Made by a program: the position numbers and the translations under genes. Shown in pieces: positions 27,465-36,945 of a DNA stretch of 64,000 bases; within the stretch, counting starts at the first letter, position 1, and each line of letters starts with the position of its first letter. This DNA is from Candidatus Thorarchaeota archaeon (GTDB taxonomy: Archaea; Asgardarchaeota; Thorarchaeia; Thorarchaeales; Thorarchaeaceae), in contig SDNP01000011.1 of assembly GCA_004524445.1 (NCBI GenBank), positions 16,668 through 80,667 on the forward strand, in the 5' to 3' direction. Below the pieces are notes generated by a model. That model was not told the origin of the DNA and did not search any database. It saw nothing but the letters and a program-made list of their open reading frames with translations.

Positions 27465-27893
27465 ATGCAAATGATAACTGGTGACCAAATCGCTACAATA
27501 GTATTTGTAATAGAAACCATTGTATTCATTTCCATAATGATTGGATGGATATATGGCTCTAAACGGATGGATTATGACACCCACCACAGGATGATTTATC
27601 CAGCTGTGTTGATTCATCTGATCACCGTAAGCGCATGGATGATACCGCGTGCTATGCAGCTCGCCGAAGAAGGACTATTCGCAGACCCTATAGCCAATTG
27701 GTATCAGATTGTCCATGATGTAGTGGGCTTTGTCGCAATAGGCCTGGGAGTAGTATTAGCAGTGACTTTTCTTGTCAAGTCGGGAATGCCACTAAATATT
27801 CTGCAAAAAGCCAAACCATTGATGTGGTTGACACTTGCTTTATGGTTGGTATCGTTTATTCTGGGTATTATTGCGTACCTAGCTCGGTTTTGA
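27465..27893 (+). CDS. DUF420-like 4-TM membrane protein with His residues
   Basis: HHRM, LIHL, IVHDVVG; LWLVSFILG. Confidence 0.6.
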   Translation: MQMITGDQIATIVFVIETIVFISIMIGWIYGSKRMDYDTHHRMIYPAVLIHLITVSAWMIPRAMQLAEEGLFADPIANWYQIVHDVVGFVAIGLGVVLAVTFLVKSGMPLNILQKAKPLMWLTLALWLVSFILGIIAYLARF

Positions 27894-27977
27894 TACCACA
27901 AAAGCAGTCAAAATGTAAATGGTGCAATAGCTCTGGTGCCACAAAACGTATAATCAGAAATGGACTATTGAGTACCG

Positions 27978-28310
27978 GTGCATGTTTTGGCCTCTACTAC
28001 CTACGGACGGCTGTCCCCCATCCAACTTGATGAATTGAAAAAGCTCAAAGAGATCAAAGAAGCTTTAGATAGGCTGAAACGAAAAGGTATCTCTGCGGAT
28101 ATCCCCATCTGCCCCGTCTGCAAGAACCATAGACTTGTCAGGCTAACATCATATTATGACTTGGGCTATATTGGAAGCTTCCATCCAGCTTACTACTGTC
28201 TTGATTGTGGTTGGTATGGCAGGACAACTATCGTCATGTCCAATAGACCTGAGAAGAATGAAGTTCTTGAAGACATGATATTTGCCTTCTCAGACCTAAT
28301 GGAAGAGTAG
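27978..28310 (+). CDS. small Zn-finger protein
   Basis: CPVC...YYCLDCGW; start uncertain. Confidence 0.65.
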   Translation: MHVLASTTYGRLSPIQLDELKKLKEIKEALDRLKRKGISADIPICPVCKNHRLVRLTSYYDLGYIGSFHPAYYCLDCGWYGRTTIVMSNRPEKNEVLEDMIFAFSDLMEE

Positions 28311-28332
28311 TTCAATAGTTCTGCGACCGGCT

Positions 28333-28695
28333 TTATTCTTCATCGATTCGAGTTAGCTCGAAAATTACGGGGTTGAAGCCATCTGGACAAGCATGTGTTG
28401 CTGAACATTGATCTTCTAGCCATGGAAATCTTGCATTGTATGTCATGGCGTACACTTTAGGCATCATTGAATAGAGGGCACTTAGACATATTTTGCCCTT
28501 CACTTCTTCACCTGTGAAGATTATCTCATCCCCAACTTTGTGTCCCGCTGCACACTCACCCTCTTGAGAAATGACGCTACACCGAATCTGCCAGGGTTTC
28601 TGTCTAATGCATTCTTCATTCATGGGGTTCATCTCTTTCGAATTATATTCTGAGCTCCCATATAGACTTTGTACCTGCGGTGAACTAGCATTCAA
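28333..28695 (-). CDS. TIGR04076 family protein
   Basis: G.C.AGHKVGD, ICLSAL, ACPDG.NPVIFEL.RI; start probably at MNPMNEE. Confidence 0.85.
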   Translation of the reverse strand: MNASSPQVQSLYGSSEYNSKEMNPMNEECIRQKPWQIRCSVISQEGECAAGHKVGDEIIFTGEEVKGKICLSALYSMMPKVYAMTYNARFPWLEDQCSATHACPDGFNPVIFELTRIDEE

Positions 28696-28882
28696 ACCAT
28701 GATTGTACTTCTGTCTTTACGAGGTCGGATTTCTCCCTATCCACCAACGGGTAAATGCCATAACAATCTATTGTGGTCATTTCTTTGGGATGAAACTCTC
28801 TCTATGCTATTCCATTTCGCTGATCCTCTAAGGAAATGGCTAGTTCTATGATGACGCCCTCGTGTCCGTGAAGCCTATTTGT

Positions 28883-29563
28883 TTAACTAGATGATTCAGG
28901 CCTCTTGGTTTTTTTGTAGTAGTCACAAATTGAGCGTAGAAAGCAAATATCACATTTTGGTGATCGAGCCTTACAAATTTCTCTTCCGTGTTTCACAAGA
29001 TTGTGATTTAGAGAATAGATGCAGTTTTCGGGAATAATCTCCTCAAGGAGAGGCTGGGCCTGCTCTCGGGAAGTATTGTGGGAAATCAGACCCAGTCTTT
29101 TTGTAACTCTCCAAACGTGCGTATCAACAGGAAGGGTGGGTTTCCCAAAGCAGAATAATAGCACAATAGAGGCAGTCTTTGGGCCTACTCCATGAAGCGA
29201 AGTCAACCAGTCCAAGGCCTCATCTCTATCCATGTGGTCTAGAAGGCCGATATCGAGTCCACCTACACGCTGTTTAATTTCTCCTAAAGATGCCTGGATC
29301 CGTTCTGCCTTGATGCGGAAGAACCCCGAAGAACGAATCGTATCTGCAACTTCTGATTGAGGAGCCTCTAGGACTTCCTCCCACGTGTCATAGGCTTCCT
29401 TCAGGGCGTGGTAACCTCTATACATATTCACATTGGATGTGTTCTGGCTAAGAATTGTCAAAACCAACTCGTCAATGGGAGGCAGGTTTCTTTCTACAAC
29501 CACATCACCATAATGGTCTATGAGTTGTCTACATACGGTTTCTGCCTTGGATTTGAAATCGAT
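28883..29563 (-). CDS. nth: endonuclease III (HhH-GPD, 4Fe-4S)
   Basis: ILSQNTS, LHGVGPKTA, VDTHV.RV, CKARSPKCDICFLRSIC; homology extends upstream of the track start 29503 to an ATC at 29563 with a GGAGGA SD. Confidence 0.92.
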   Translation of the reverse strand: MDFKSKAETVCRQLIDHYGDVVVERNLPPIDELVLTILSQNTSNVNMYRGYHALKEAYDTWEEVLEAPQSEVADTIRSSGFFRIKAERIQASLGEIKQRVGGLDIGLLDHMDRDEALDWLTSLHGVGPKTASIVLLFCFGKPTLPVDTHVWRVTKRLGLISHNTSREQAQPLLEEIIPENCIYSLNHNLVKHGREICKARSPKCDICFLRSICDYYKKTKRPESSS

Positions 29564-29652
29564 ACTAGGTTCCTCCTTTACTCCATGCTATCGTCAGATG
29601 TCTATTCAGAAACGTTTAGTTAAGGGTAATATCAGTTATCTTTTGATTCACG

Positions 29653-30069
29653 ATGACAGTTCTTGTAATTTACGAAACTACCAGGGGCCGAACAAGAGCA
29701 ATGGCGGAAGCAATATGCAAAGGCGTTGAGTCGGAGGGCAAAACCTGCAATCTGGTGGAGTCCAAGAATTTTCGGAGCCTTGGAGAGCCATGCGCCATTG
29801 CGATGGGGAGTTCAACGAGGATGAAACGGATTCTACCAAAATTACGAAGGGTTCTTGCGGAATTGCCAGATCTTCCCGGCACTCCTGCGGCAGCATTTGG
29901 CTCTTACGGCTGGAGTGGAGAGGCACCTGATACAATTGCAGAGGAATTGAAAAAATCGGGCGCCGTATTGGTTGAAGATCAGCCCATAAAAGCAAAAGAC
30001 TACCCCAGCGAGGAAAGCCTCGAAAGATGCAAAGAACTGGGTGTTGTTCTAGCTAAACACTGTGACTGA
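29653..30069 (+). CDS. flavodoxin-domain protein (FprA-like flavodoxin)
   Basis: YETTRGRTRAMAEAI, GSST, AAFGSYGWSGEA. Confidence 0.9.
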   Translation: MTVLVIYETTRGRTRAMAEAICKGVESEGKTCNLVESKNFRSLGEPCAIAMGSSTRMKRILPKLRRVLAELPDLPGTPAAAFGSYGWSGEAPDTIAEELKKSGAVLVEDQPIKAKDYPSEESLERCKELGVVLAKHCD

Positions 30070-30140
30070 TTGATATTCTTTTGATGTCGATGTCACAACT
30101 CTTATCATTCAAAGCCTGATTTCCAAGGGAGAGCGGCAAA

Positions 30141-32033
30141 ATGCAGTATATTAGAAGGCTAACTGGATATGCCTTAAGGTATAAACCACTATTTTTCGGA
30201 TTCCTAGCGTGTGCTGGGATTGGTACCTTATTCAATATATTGAGCCCACTTGTTCTTGCCAATATCATTGATGTCGTGATTTACCAGGGCCAATATGACC
30301 AACTTGCCGCTAATGTCATTCTCTATGTCATACTAATGGGACTATATGCGATATTTGATATCGCGGGTCGGTACGGTGCGGCTATCACATCTCAAAAGAT
30401 CATCTACGACCTGAGGAAAGAGCTATACGACGCCTTGATGGAAAAGGACCTCTCGTTTTATGATCAGGAGGAAACAGGTCAACTGCTCGCAAGGGTCACA
30501 ACCGATGTCAATCAAATGAAACGGTTCCTCTTTTGGGGATATCGGGTGATATTCATAGGGTTTGCCACCATTGTGGGTGTCTACTTTGTCATGTACACAC
30601 TGAGTGTCAGCTTAACGCTGTTCATGCTATTGCTTGTTCCGATAATCATCACTTTTGTCTATGTATTTGCACGGAAGGTTAGGCCCGTCTTTATTGCTGC
30701 AAGGGACCAATTTGGTGACCTTAGTTCAGTTCTATCGGAAAATATTGTAGGAATGAAGGTAGTAAAGAGCTATGCCGCGGGGAATCGTGAAACAGAGAGA
30801 GTGAGAGAGGAGAACAAAAAATTCTTGGATTTGCGCGTGGAAGCATTCAAGCTTTTCGCATTTTATAGACCATTGCTTCCAACCCTCTTTGGTGTGGTCA
30901 CTGGGATTCTGATTTTCATCGGCGGATACTCATTCATTCTGGGAGACCTCTCATATGGCGTCTTTGTTGGCTTTGTGACCTTGGTGGGAATGCTCATGTT
31001 GCCTGCTCGGTTCCTCAGTTGGGGGGTTGGAATGTATCAGAGAGCCTCAGCAGCAGGTGAGCGCTCGTTCTATATTCTTGACCACAAAGATGAAGTTGTA
31101 AGTCCCGAGAACCCAGTCACAAAAGAAATCGAAGGAAAAATAGAATTCGAGAACGTCTATTTCAGTTACGGTAGAGATACGTACATTCTCAAGGGAATCA
31201 CAATGAAGGCGAATCCTGGGAATGTGGTGGCATTACTAGGAGGCACAGGTTCGGGGAAGACAACTCTCATGAATCTGATTCCAAGGTTCTATGATGCCGA
31301 CACAGAGAGAAATGTTTCCTATCAGGGTGAAACTTACAAGGTGATTGATGGTTTTGTAAAAATAGTGGACAAAGAATACGAAGTAGACAACGGAACAGTC
31401 ACAATCGAAGGCGAGCAGTTGGAAGTTGTCGAGCCCGGTAGGCTCTATATCGATGGAGTGGATGTACGTGACTATAATCTAGATGTGCTGAGAGGGAGTA
31501 TCGGGATGGTCCATCAAGACCCCTTCTTATTCTCAGCCACAATACGAGAGAATATTGCATTCGCGAAACCCAATGCGCCTCTTGAGGAAGTAATAGATGC
31601 GGCCAAGGCCGCCATGATTCATGATTTCATTGAAACTCTTGACGAAGGGTATGATGCGCCAGTGGGAGAGAGAGGAGTAACTTTGAGTGGAGGGCAAAAA
31701 CAGCGCATAGCAATTGCGAGAGCTCTCTTGGCGAATCCAAGGATTTTGATACTGGACGACTCGACTAGCTCTGTCGATGCCAATACTGAGATGAAGATTC
31801 AGATGGCTCTAGAGAATCTGATGGTAGGCAGAACCACCTTCATCATCACCCATAGATTAAGCACAGTTAGAAATGCAGATCAAATAGTCATGTTAGAGAG
31901 GGGCAAAATTGTAGAAAAGGGCAGTCATGAAGAGCTCATGAAAGAAGAAGGGCTGTATGCAGGAATACATGATACATTGTTTGAGATGGAACTTGCTGCT
32001 TCTGCGATAGAAGGAGGTGCATCTGGTGAGTAG
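30141..32033 (+). CDS. type IV ABC exporter, heterodimer subunit A (degenerate Walker B)
   Basis: 6 TM + GGTGSGKT, LSGGQKQR, ILILDDSTS; ~44-aa insertion after RFYD. Confidence 0.95.
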   Translation: MQYIRRLTGYALRYKPLFFGFLACAGIGTLFNILSPLVLANIIDVVIYQGQYDQLAANVILYVILMGLYAIFDIAGRYGAAITSQKIIYDLRKELYDALMEKDLSFYDQEETGQLLARVTTDVNQMKRFLFWGYRVIFIGFATIVGVYFVMYTLSVSLTLFMLLLVPIIITFVYVFARKVRPVFIAARDQFGDLSSVLSENIVGMKVVKSYAAGNRETERVREENKKFLDLRVEAFKLFAFYRPLLPTLFGVVTGILIFIGGYSFILGDLSYGVFVGFVTLVGMLMLPARFLSWGVGMYQRASAAGERSFYILDHKDEVVSPENPVTKEIEGKIEFENVYFSYGRDTYILKGITMKANPGNVVALLGGTGSGKTTLMNLIPRFYDADTERNVSYQGETYKVIDGFVKIVDKEYEVDNGTVTIEGEQLEVVEPGRLYIDGVDVRDYNLDVLRGSIGMVHQDPFLFSATIRENIAFAKPNAPLEEVIDAAKAAMIHDFIETLDEGYDAPVGERGVTLSGGQKQRIAIARALLANPRILILDDSTSSVDANTEMKIQMALENLMVGRTTFIITHRLSTVRNADQIVMLERGKIVEKGSHEELMKEEGLYAGIHDTLFEMELAASAIEGGASGE

Positions 32034-33840
32034 TGGACTTGATACTCAAGATGATCCGGATGCTAGGACCTACGAATATTCTGATTCAACTCTCCTTAGG
32101 AGGATGGTTGGGTACCTGCTTGTATATGGAAAGGAATTCGCGTTTGTATCGGTACTTGTTGCAATAAGTATCGTTTTTGATATTGCTATCCCCTTCGTCA
32201 TGAAACAAGCTATCGATGTAGACTTCCCCAGTGGTGACCTGCAAGCACTTGCAACAACAGCCGGGTTATACGTTGCTTTGCGACTTGGTGTCTGGGCAAC
32301 TACCTACGGAACAGAATACATCACATCAAGAATGGGAGAGAATGCCATTTACGATATTCGGCAAGAGCTCTATGAACACTTACAGAACCTCTCTCAAGAC
32401 TTCTATGATCAGTCTTCATCAGGACGTGTTATCAGCCGCTTGACAAATGACATAGAAAAGATGAGCGAACTACTAAATGGTGGACTCATCACTACGTTCG
32501 CACAGATATTCATCGTCATAGCAATAGGTGGTGTCATCTTCTCGGTTGATTTCCAACTGGCATTGGTCTCGCTGGGCGTAGTCCCACTATTGCTAATCTC
32601 CACCATATACTTCAGAAAGAAGCTGCGGGAGGCATATCGCAGTACGCGAAAGACAATTTCTAGTGTGACTTCGAATTTTGCAGAGAGTATCTCGGGAGCA
32701 AAGGTCACCAAGAGCTTTGCAAGAGAGGACACGAACGTTGAGATCTTTGACGAGGTCAATAAAGCGGATTATGAATCAAATATTGATGCTGGAAAAGCGC
32801 AATCCACCTTTTTCCCCACAATTCGGTTTATCGGCGGCCTCGGAATCATTCTCATCTTATGGTTCGGTGGTTTCAGGCTTATTGAAGGAACCATATCATT
32901 GGGAACCGTTGTTCTCTTCCTTCAGTTCAATGACAGGTTCTTCAGGCCAATCCTCATCATCTCAAACTTTTACACATCCGTTCAAAGTGCATTTGCCGGT
33001 GGAGAACGAGTATTCTCGGTTCTTGATGAAGAACCGTCGATTGTAGATAGGGAAGACGCCATTGTGATGCCCCCCGTAAGGGGACATGTGGAATTCAATG
33101 ATGTGACGTTTGGATATGTAGAAGATAAGCCCGTTCTCGAAGATTTCAATCTTGAGATAAAACCAGGTGAATCTATTGCTCTGGTGGGAGATACAGGTGC
33201 AGGAAAATCAACTGTGGTCAACCTCCTAAATCGGTTCTATGATGTCTGGGAAGGCACAGTAGAAATAGATGACATGGATATCAGAAACTTCACCCTCGAG
33301 TCCTTGAGAGAAAACATTGGACTTGTTCTTCAAGATCCTTTCCTCTTTATGGGCACCGTCTTGGAAAACATTCGATACGGAAAGCCAGACGCAACAAAGG
33401 AAGAAGTAATCAAAGCAACTGAAGCAATCGGAGCAAAGAGAGTACTAAAGACTCTCAAGAATGGATTCGAAACGGAGGTAGGTGAGAGAGGAGGGATGCT
33501 ATCGGAGGGAGAACGCCAGCTCGTTAGCTTTGCGCGTGCGCTGCTTGCAGATCCACGCATCCTCGTTTTAGACGAAGCTACAAGCTCTATTGATGTATAT
33601 ACTGAATATGCGATCCAGAAGGGAATGAAAGCACTCCTAGAAGGAAGAACCTCCATCGTGATAGCTCACAGACTGTCGACCATAGTGAATGCAGATCGAA
33701 TACTTGTGCTTGAAGATGGTAAGATTGTTGAAACCGGTACACATGCAGAACTAATCGAGAAGAGAGGTAAGTACTTCTCGCTTTATGAGCTGCAAATCAA
33801 ACCTCGTGCAATGCAAAAAGCGGCTCAGGCAAAAACATAG
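32017..33840 (+). CDS. type IV ABC exporter, heterodimer subunit B (degenerate signature)
   Basis: GDTGAGKS, LSEGERQ, LVLDEATS, IAHRLST; overlaps the stop of subunit A. Confidence 0.95.
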   Translation: MHLVSSGLDTQDDPDARTYEYSDSTLLRRMVGYLLVYGKEFAFVSVLVAISIVFDIAIPFVMKQAIDVDFPSGDLQALATTAGLYVALRLGVWATTYGTEYITSRMGENAIYDIRQELYEHLQNLSQDFYDQSSSGRVISRLTNDIEKMSELLNGGLITTFAQIFIVIAIGGVIFSVDFQLALVSLGVVPLLLISTIYFRKKLREAYRSTRKTISSVTSNFAESISGAKVTKSFAREDTNVEIFDEVNKADYESNIDAGKAQSTFFPTIRFIGGLGIILILWFGGFRLIEGTISLGTVVLFLQFNDRFFRPILIISNFYTSVQSAFAGGERVFSVLDEEPSIVDREDAIVMPPVRGHVEFNDVTFGYVEDKPVLEDFNLEIKPGESIALVGDTGAGKSTVVNLLNRFYDVWEGTVEIDDMDIRNFTLESLRENIGLVLQDPFLFMGTVLENIRYGKPDATKEEVIKATEAIGAKRVLKTLKNGFETEVGERGGMLSEGERQLVSFARALLADPRILVLDEATSSIDVYTEYAIQKGMKALLEGRTSIVIAHRLSTIVNADRILVLEDGKIVETGTHAELIEKRGKYFSLYELQIKPRAMQKAAQAKT

Positions 33841-33846
33841 AGAGAG

Positions 33847-33864
33847 CCCCGTGAAATCACGGGG
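33847..33864. terminator. hairpin between convergent genes
   Basis: ccccgtga-aa-tcacgggg. Confidence 0.6.
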
Positions 33865-33889
33865 AAAGAAATCTCTCTGTTTCGACGCA

Positions 33890-34651
33890 CTACTCGTCAT
33901 CTTCCCAGTCGAAATCATCCACATCGTCAAAGGCATGAGGCATCTTTTTCATGGTATGGCGTAATCCCTTCAGACTCTTCAAGTGCTTCAGGTTGCTCAT
34001 CGCAGATGCTACAGCTTGGGAGATTTGAGGACCAATATTCGCCAACCCAGGAATTCCTGAAATACCGCCTGGGCCCACTCTCAAGGTCCGTCTGCCCTTC
34101 CCGCCAATCTCAACCCCCGAATCAGTGACATGTACTAGCTTATCATCTGATAACACAGAAACTAGCTCATCTCTGACAAACACCAACTTGTCAGTTTCCA
34201 CAACCAGTATGATTTCTTTGTGCTGGTCGGATTTTCCTAGAAAGACCATTCCCCTTTTCAGAGAGATGTCAGATTTGCCGCCATTGATTGAGAAATGTAT
34301 TCTTGATTTAGCGTGCTCTAAGAAGCCTTCAGCAGAATCGTGTCCAGCGATAGGAAAGTCGTTTTGTGATGCCTCCCTAGAGAGGTCTTGGAGACCACCG
34401 CTGCCTAGTAGAATTTGAATGCCTGAGAGGGTACCAGTGGTTGATTCGCCCATGGCACCATCTTCAGTTTCAATGATTGCATCCACTGCGTAGCTGCTTG
34501 CTCCTCCAAACGCTATCCCAACTCTCTTGTCATCATCAAGAAGATAACACCAAAGAGAATTTTTCTCCAACAGTACATAGGCCTTCTTATGGTCTAAGAC
34601 GTTGTAATCCTGATTTGTAACGTATACTTTGCTGTCAGTTGTTAAGGTCAT
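33890..34651 (-). CDS. hypothetical protein, translationally coupled to the upstream ArsR-like gene
   Basis: TAATG stop/start overlap at 34651; beta-rich, acidic tail. Confidence 0.7.
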   Translation of the reverse strand: MTLTTDSKVYVTNQDYNVLDHKKAYVLLEKNSLWCYLLDDDKRVGIAFGGASSYAVDAIIETEDGAMGESTTGTLSGIQILLGSGGLQDLSREASQNDFPIAGHDSAEGFLEHAKSRIHFSINGGKSDISLKRGMVFLGKSDQHKEIILVVETDKLVFVRDELVSVLSDDKLVHVTDSGVEIGGKGRRTLRVGPGGISGIPGLANIGPQISQAVASAMSNLKHLKSLKGLRHTMKKMPHAFDDVDDFDWEDDE

Positions 34652-35457
34652 TAGAATTCCTCCTCGTCAGAAAAATCAATTTCTACTTCGCCTTCACGAG
34701 TTTCAGAATTTTCTACAGACTCCTCATCATCCTCAGGCGGAGAGTCTTTGGCTTTTCCATTCTTATTCCGTTCTTGTTCCAAGCGACTCGTCAACCATTG
34801 AGCTAGGCGGTATGCCAGACGTCCCTCCACCGTCACGTAGTAGGTACCGCGGACTTCGCCCTTTATCACATATCCAGCATCCAAGAGCGGATTCAGGTGA
34901 TGTGTCAGAGAGCTTCCTGTTTTACCGGTATAATTCTCCAACTCATTGAAGGTCTTGCTTCCATCTTTGAGAAATTTCAGGATGTTCAGTCGCTCTTCAC
35001 TACCTAGAGGACTGATCACCTCTGCAACCCTGTCGGGAGGAATGTTCTCAATATCCTTTCTCCTAGCGCTTCTGCCGCGCCTTCGCATGGATATTTGAGG
35101 AAACTTGAAACTGGCATCGATTCCCTCTATGCCCCGCATAGACGCTTCGATCTGCTCTCCAAGACCCTCCATCATGTGCTCAAGGCTCTCGGTTAACCCC
35201 GAAAGATCAACATAAGGATTGGGAGGATGTGGAGGCCTTGGCGCTTTATGATGTCTTCTTGTCTTCGCTATTCGTTCACGCCGAGTCTTTTGGCTCCGCA
35301 CTTCATCTATTTCTTCCTTCAAGGTCTCCTTGAGGCGTCTTACCTCTTCGAGCTCCTTCTTTATTTCGTCAACGCTTGAAGAAGTGGTATTCTCTTGTTG
35401 GGATTCAAAATCCTCCGAGCGTGAGCCATTTTCTTCATCATTATTCCGTCCAAACAT
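34651..35457 (-). CDS. ArsR-family wHTH regulator with N-terminal coiled coil
   Basis: LGSEERLNILKFL..GSKTFNEL...GSSLTHHLNPLLDAGYVIK...GTYYVT.EG. Confidence 0.85.
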   Translation of the reverse strand: MFGRNNDEENGSRSEDFESQQENTTSSSVDEIKKELEEVRRLKETLKEEIDEVRSQKTRRERIAKTRRHHKAPRPPHPPNPYVDLSGLTESLEHMMEGLGEQIEASMRGIEGIDASFKFPQISMRRRGRSARRKDIENIPPDRVAEVISPLGSEERLNILKFLKDGSKTFNELENYTGKTGSSLTHHLNPLLDAGYVIKGEVRGTYYVTVEGRLAYRLAQWLTSRLEQERNKNGKAKDSPPEDDEESVENSETREGEVEIDFSDEEEF

Positions 35458-35481
35458 GTGTGTTCACTAACTGTATTAATG

Positions 35482-35502
35482 TACATTTACCATATAAATG
35501 TA
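35482..35502. promoter_or_regulatory. perfect 8-5-8 inverted repeat over the TATA box of the ArsR-like gene
   Basis: TACATTTA-CCATA-TAAATGTA; the minus strand contains TTTATATG. Confidence 0.6.
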
Positions 35503-35664
35503 TCTTTTTACACCAAACTCCGGAACGCTTCGTGATGATTTAATGAAAGTACGGTTAGAAATAGAGAAACCTATGTTGTGTCCAGGTGTTTAATCTGCCG
35601 AAAATATTCTTAAAAGCAACTGAAAACACTGAAAGAGCCTCGAATTTTGAGGAGTGTGTAAACA

Positions 35665-35865
35665 CTGGCTAAAAAGAAAAAGAAAGTAGAATATCCAACC
35701 TTCATTGTGAAGAGTGCAATAAAGGAATTTGCAAAAATGAATGATATGATGGTGGGCTCTGACGCTTATGACGCCATCAATGAGAGACTTGGGGAGATGC
35801 TCACAGAGGCAGCAAACCGAACAAAGGAGAACGGAAGAAAGACTCTCAAGGGCTACGACGTATAG
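35665..35865 (+). CDS. histone-fold protein (short alpha3, DUF1931/face-to-face-like) with Lys-rich N-tail; CTG start; not in ORF track
   Basis: (M)AKKKKKVEYPTFIVKSAIKEFAKMNDMMVGSDAYDAINERLGEMLTEAANRTKENGRKTLKGYDV; A..R...NGRKT....D histone L2/alpha3 motif; GAGGAG SD. Confidence 0.88.
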   Translation: MAKKKKKVEYPTFIVKSAIKEFAKMNDMMVGSDAYDAINERLGEMLTEAANRTKENGRKTLKGYDV

Positions 35866-35887
35866 GCCTGCTAAGTACATACTGAAT

Positions 35888-35909
35888 GGCAGCAGGGAAA
35901 CTTGCTGCC
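35888..35909 (+). terminator. GAAA-tetraloop hairpin 3' of the histone gene
   Basis: ggcagcagg-gaaa-cttgctgcc. Confidence 0.55.
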
Positions 35910-35946
35910 GCCACTTTCTAATTCTGTTTAATTATCCCCTAGTGAC

Positions 35947-36870
35947 CTACGATTGTTCGATGCCTGCTTTTTTCAGAAGATAGTCAAATACGCTCTTCCA
36001 TATCTTAGCATCATCGCGGGCCTTATTCTCGAAATTGTTGATATTAACGAACCTCTCTAGTGCTCTTTCCGCTTCTTCAGGAAACTCATCCTTACTAATC
36101 GACGAAAGGTAGTCCAATTCAACCAGCGCCTCTTGAATCTTCTTGGACACATGCCCCTCGATATCTAAGAGATCACTTGGGTCTTCTCTACTCAGGAGCG
36201 TCATATCGTAGAGGTCAAAGATTCGCTCTAGCTCGCGAATGGGGTGCGGATGGTCGTCCACTCGAACATCAACATATCTATCATTGCCCCCTTCATAGCC
36301 TCCGGCCTCTCTAACCACCAAAATGGCAGCAGATTGTTTTCCCCTTCTATCACCGCCGGCAGCTTGCCCCGCTTTAAGAGCTGCGAAGAGTTTGTCAATG
36401 AGATCTCCAGACTTGCGCTCATACGCCTTGCTCATATCACCAACCACATCTCGGCCGGCGAGAATGTTTCCTTGGCAGCAGTATCCATCACCAATGATGT
36501 GTCCAGCCCATTCCATACATTCGGACCCTGTATGAACAGCAACGTTGCCTGATGTGTCAACAATTCCGACCTGTCTGTGTTCCGACCCTTGGTCTTGACC
36601 CAGCAACAGATTGAGGGTTTCTTGTGCAGACTTCCCTTCTGACAAATACTGCAACCCATCAGGACCATAAGCTGCATTAGCCCATGCCTGAGTTGCAATG
36701 GCGCCGACATTGGCTTTTGCCCATGGTACTATTGCACCTACAGCAGGGAATTTGGACTGGACAATAATACCTAGGTCTCCATTGTCCGGGTCTCTTGCCA
36801 CTAGAGAAAACGTAGACGGTCTTGCAGATGCATTATGGGGGATTCTTTTGTCCATCATCATAGTCTCCAA
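35947..36870 (-). CDS. DUF1028 (Ntn-hydrolase-like) protein with C-terminal PG-binding-like domain
   Basis: STFSLVARDP, GAIATQ, RQVGIVD, QGNILAG, GGDRRGKQSAA, RVDDHP.P..EL. Confidence 0.92.
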   Translation of the reverse strand: METMMMDKRIPHNASARPSTFSLVARDPDNGDLGIIVQSKFPAVGAIVPWAKANVGAIATQAWANAAYGPDGLQYLSEGKSAQETLNLLLGQDQGSEHRQVGIVDTSGNVAVHTGSECMEWAGHIIGDGYCCQGNILAGRDVVGDMSKAYERKSGDLIDKLFAALKAGQAAGGDRRGKQSAAILVVREAGGYEGGNDRYVDVRVDDHPHPIRELERIFDLYDMTLLSREDPSDLLDIEGHVSKKIQEALVELDYLSSISKDEFPEEAERALERFVNINNFENKARDDAKIWKSVFDYLLKKAGIEQS

Positions 36871-36945
36871 ATCACACCAAGCATACTTGCATTAATCAAC
36901 CTAAAGCTTGGAAATAAATGTGTGGTACAGATGATAAGCAGTTCA

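Noticed and set aside
28696-28882. Intergenic 50-codon ORF and ccatttc/gaaatgg stem
   Set aside because: No SD, no protein-like features, weak stem
31296-31436. Intein in the ABC ATPase
   Set aside because: Too short; no N-terminal C/S block or C-terminal HN
35590-35983. Track ORFs 35590-35880 (-) and 35768-35983 (+)
   Set aside because: Alternative frames over the histone gene
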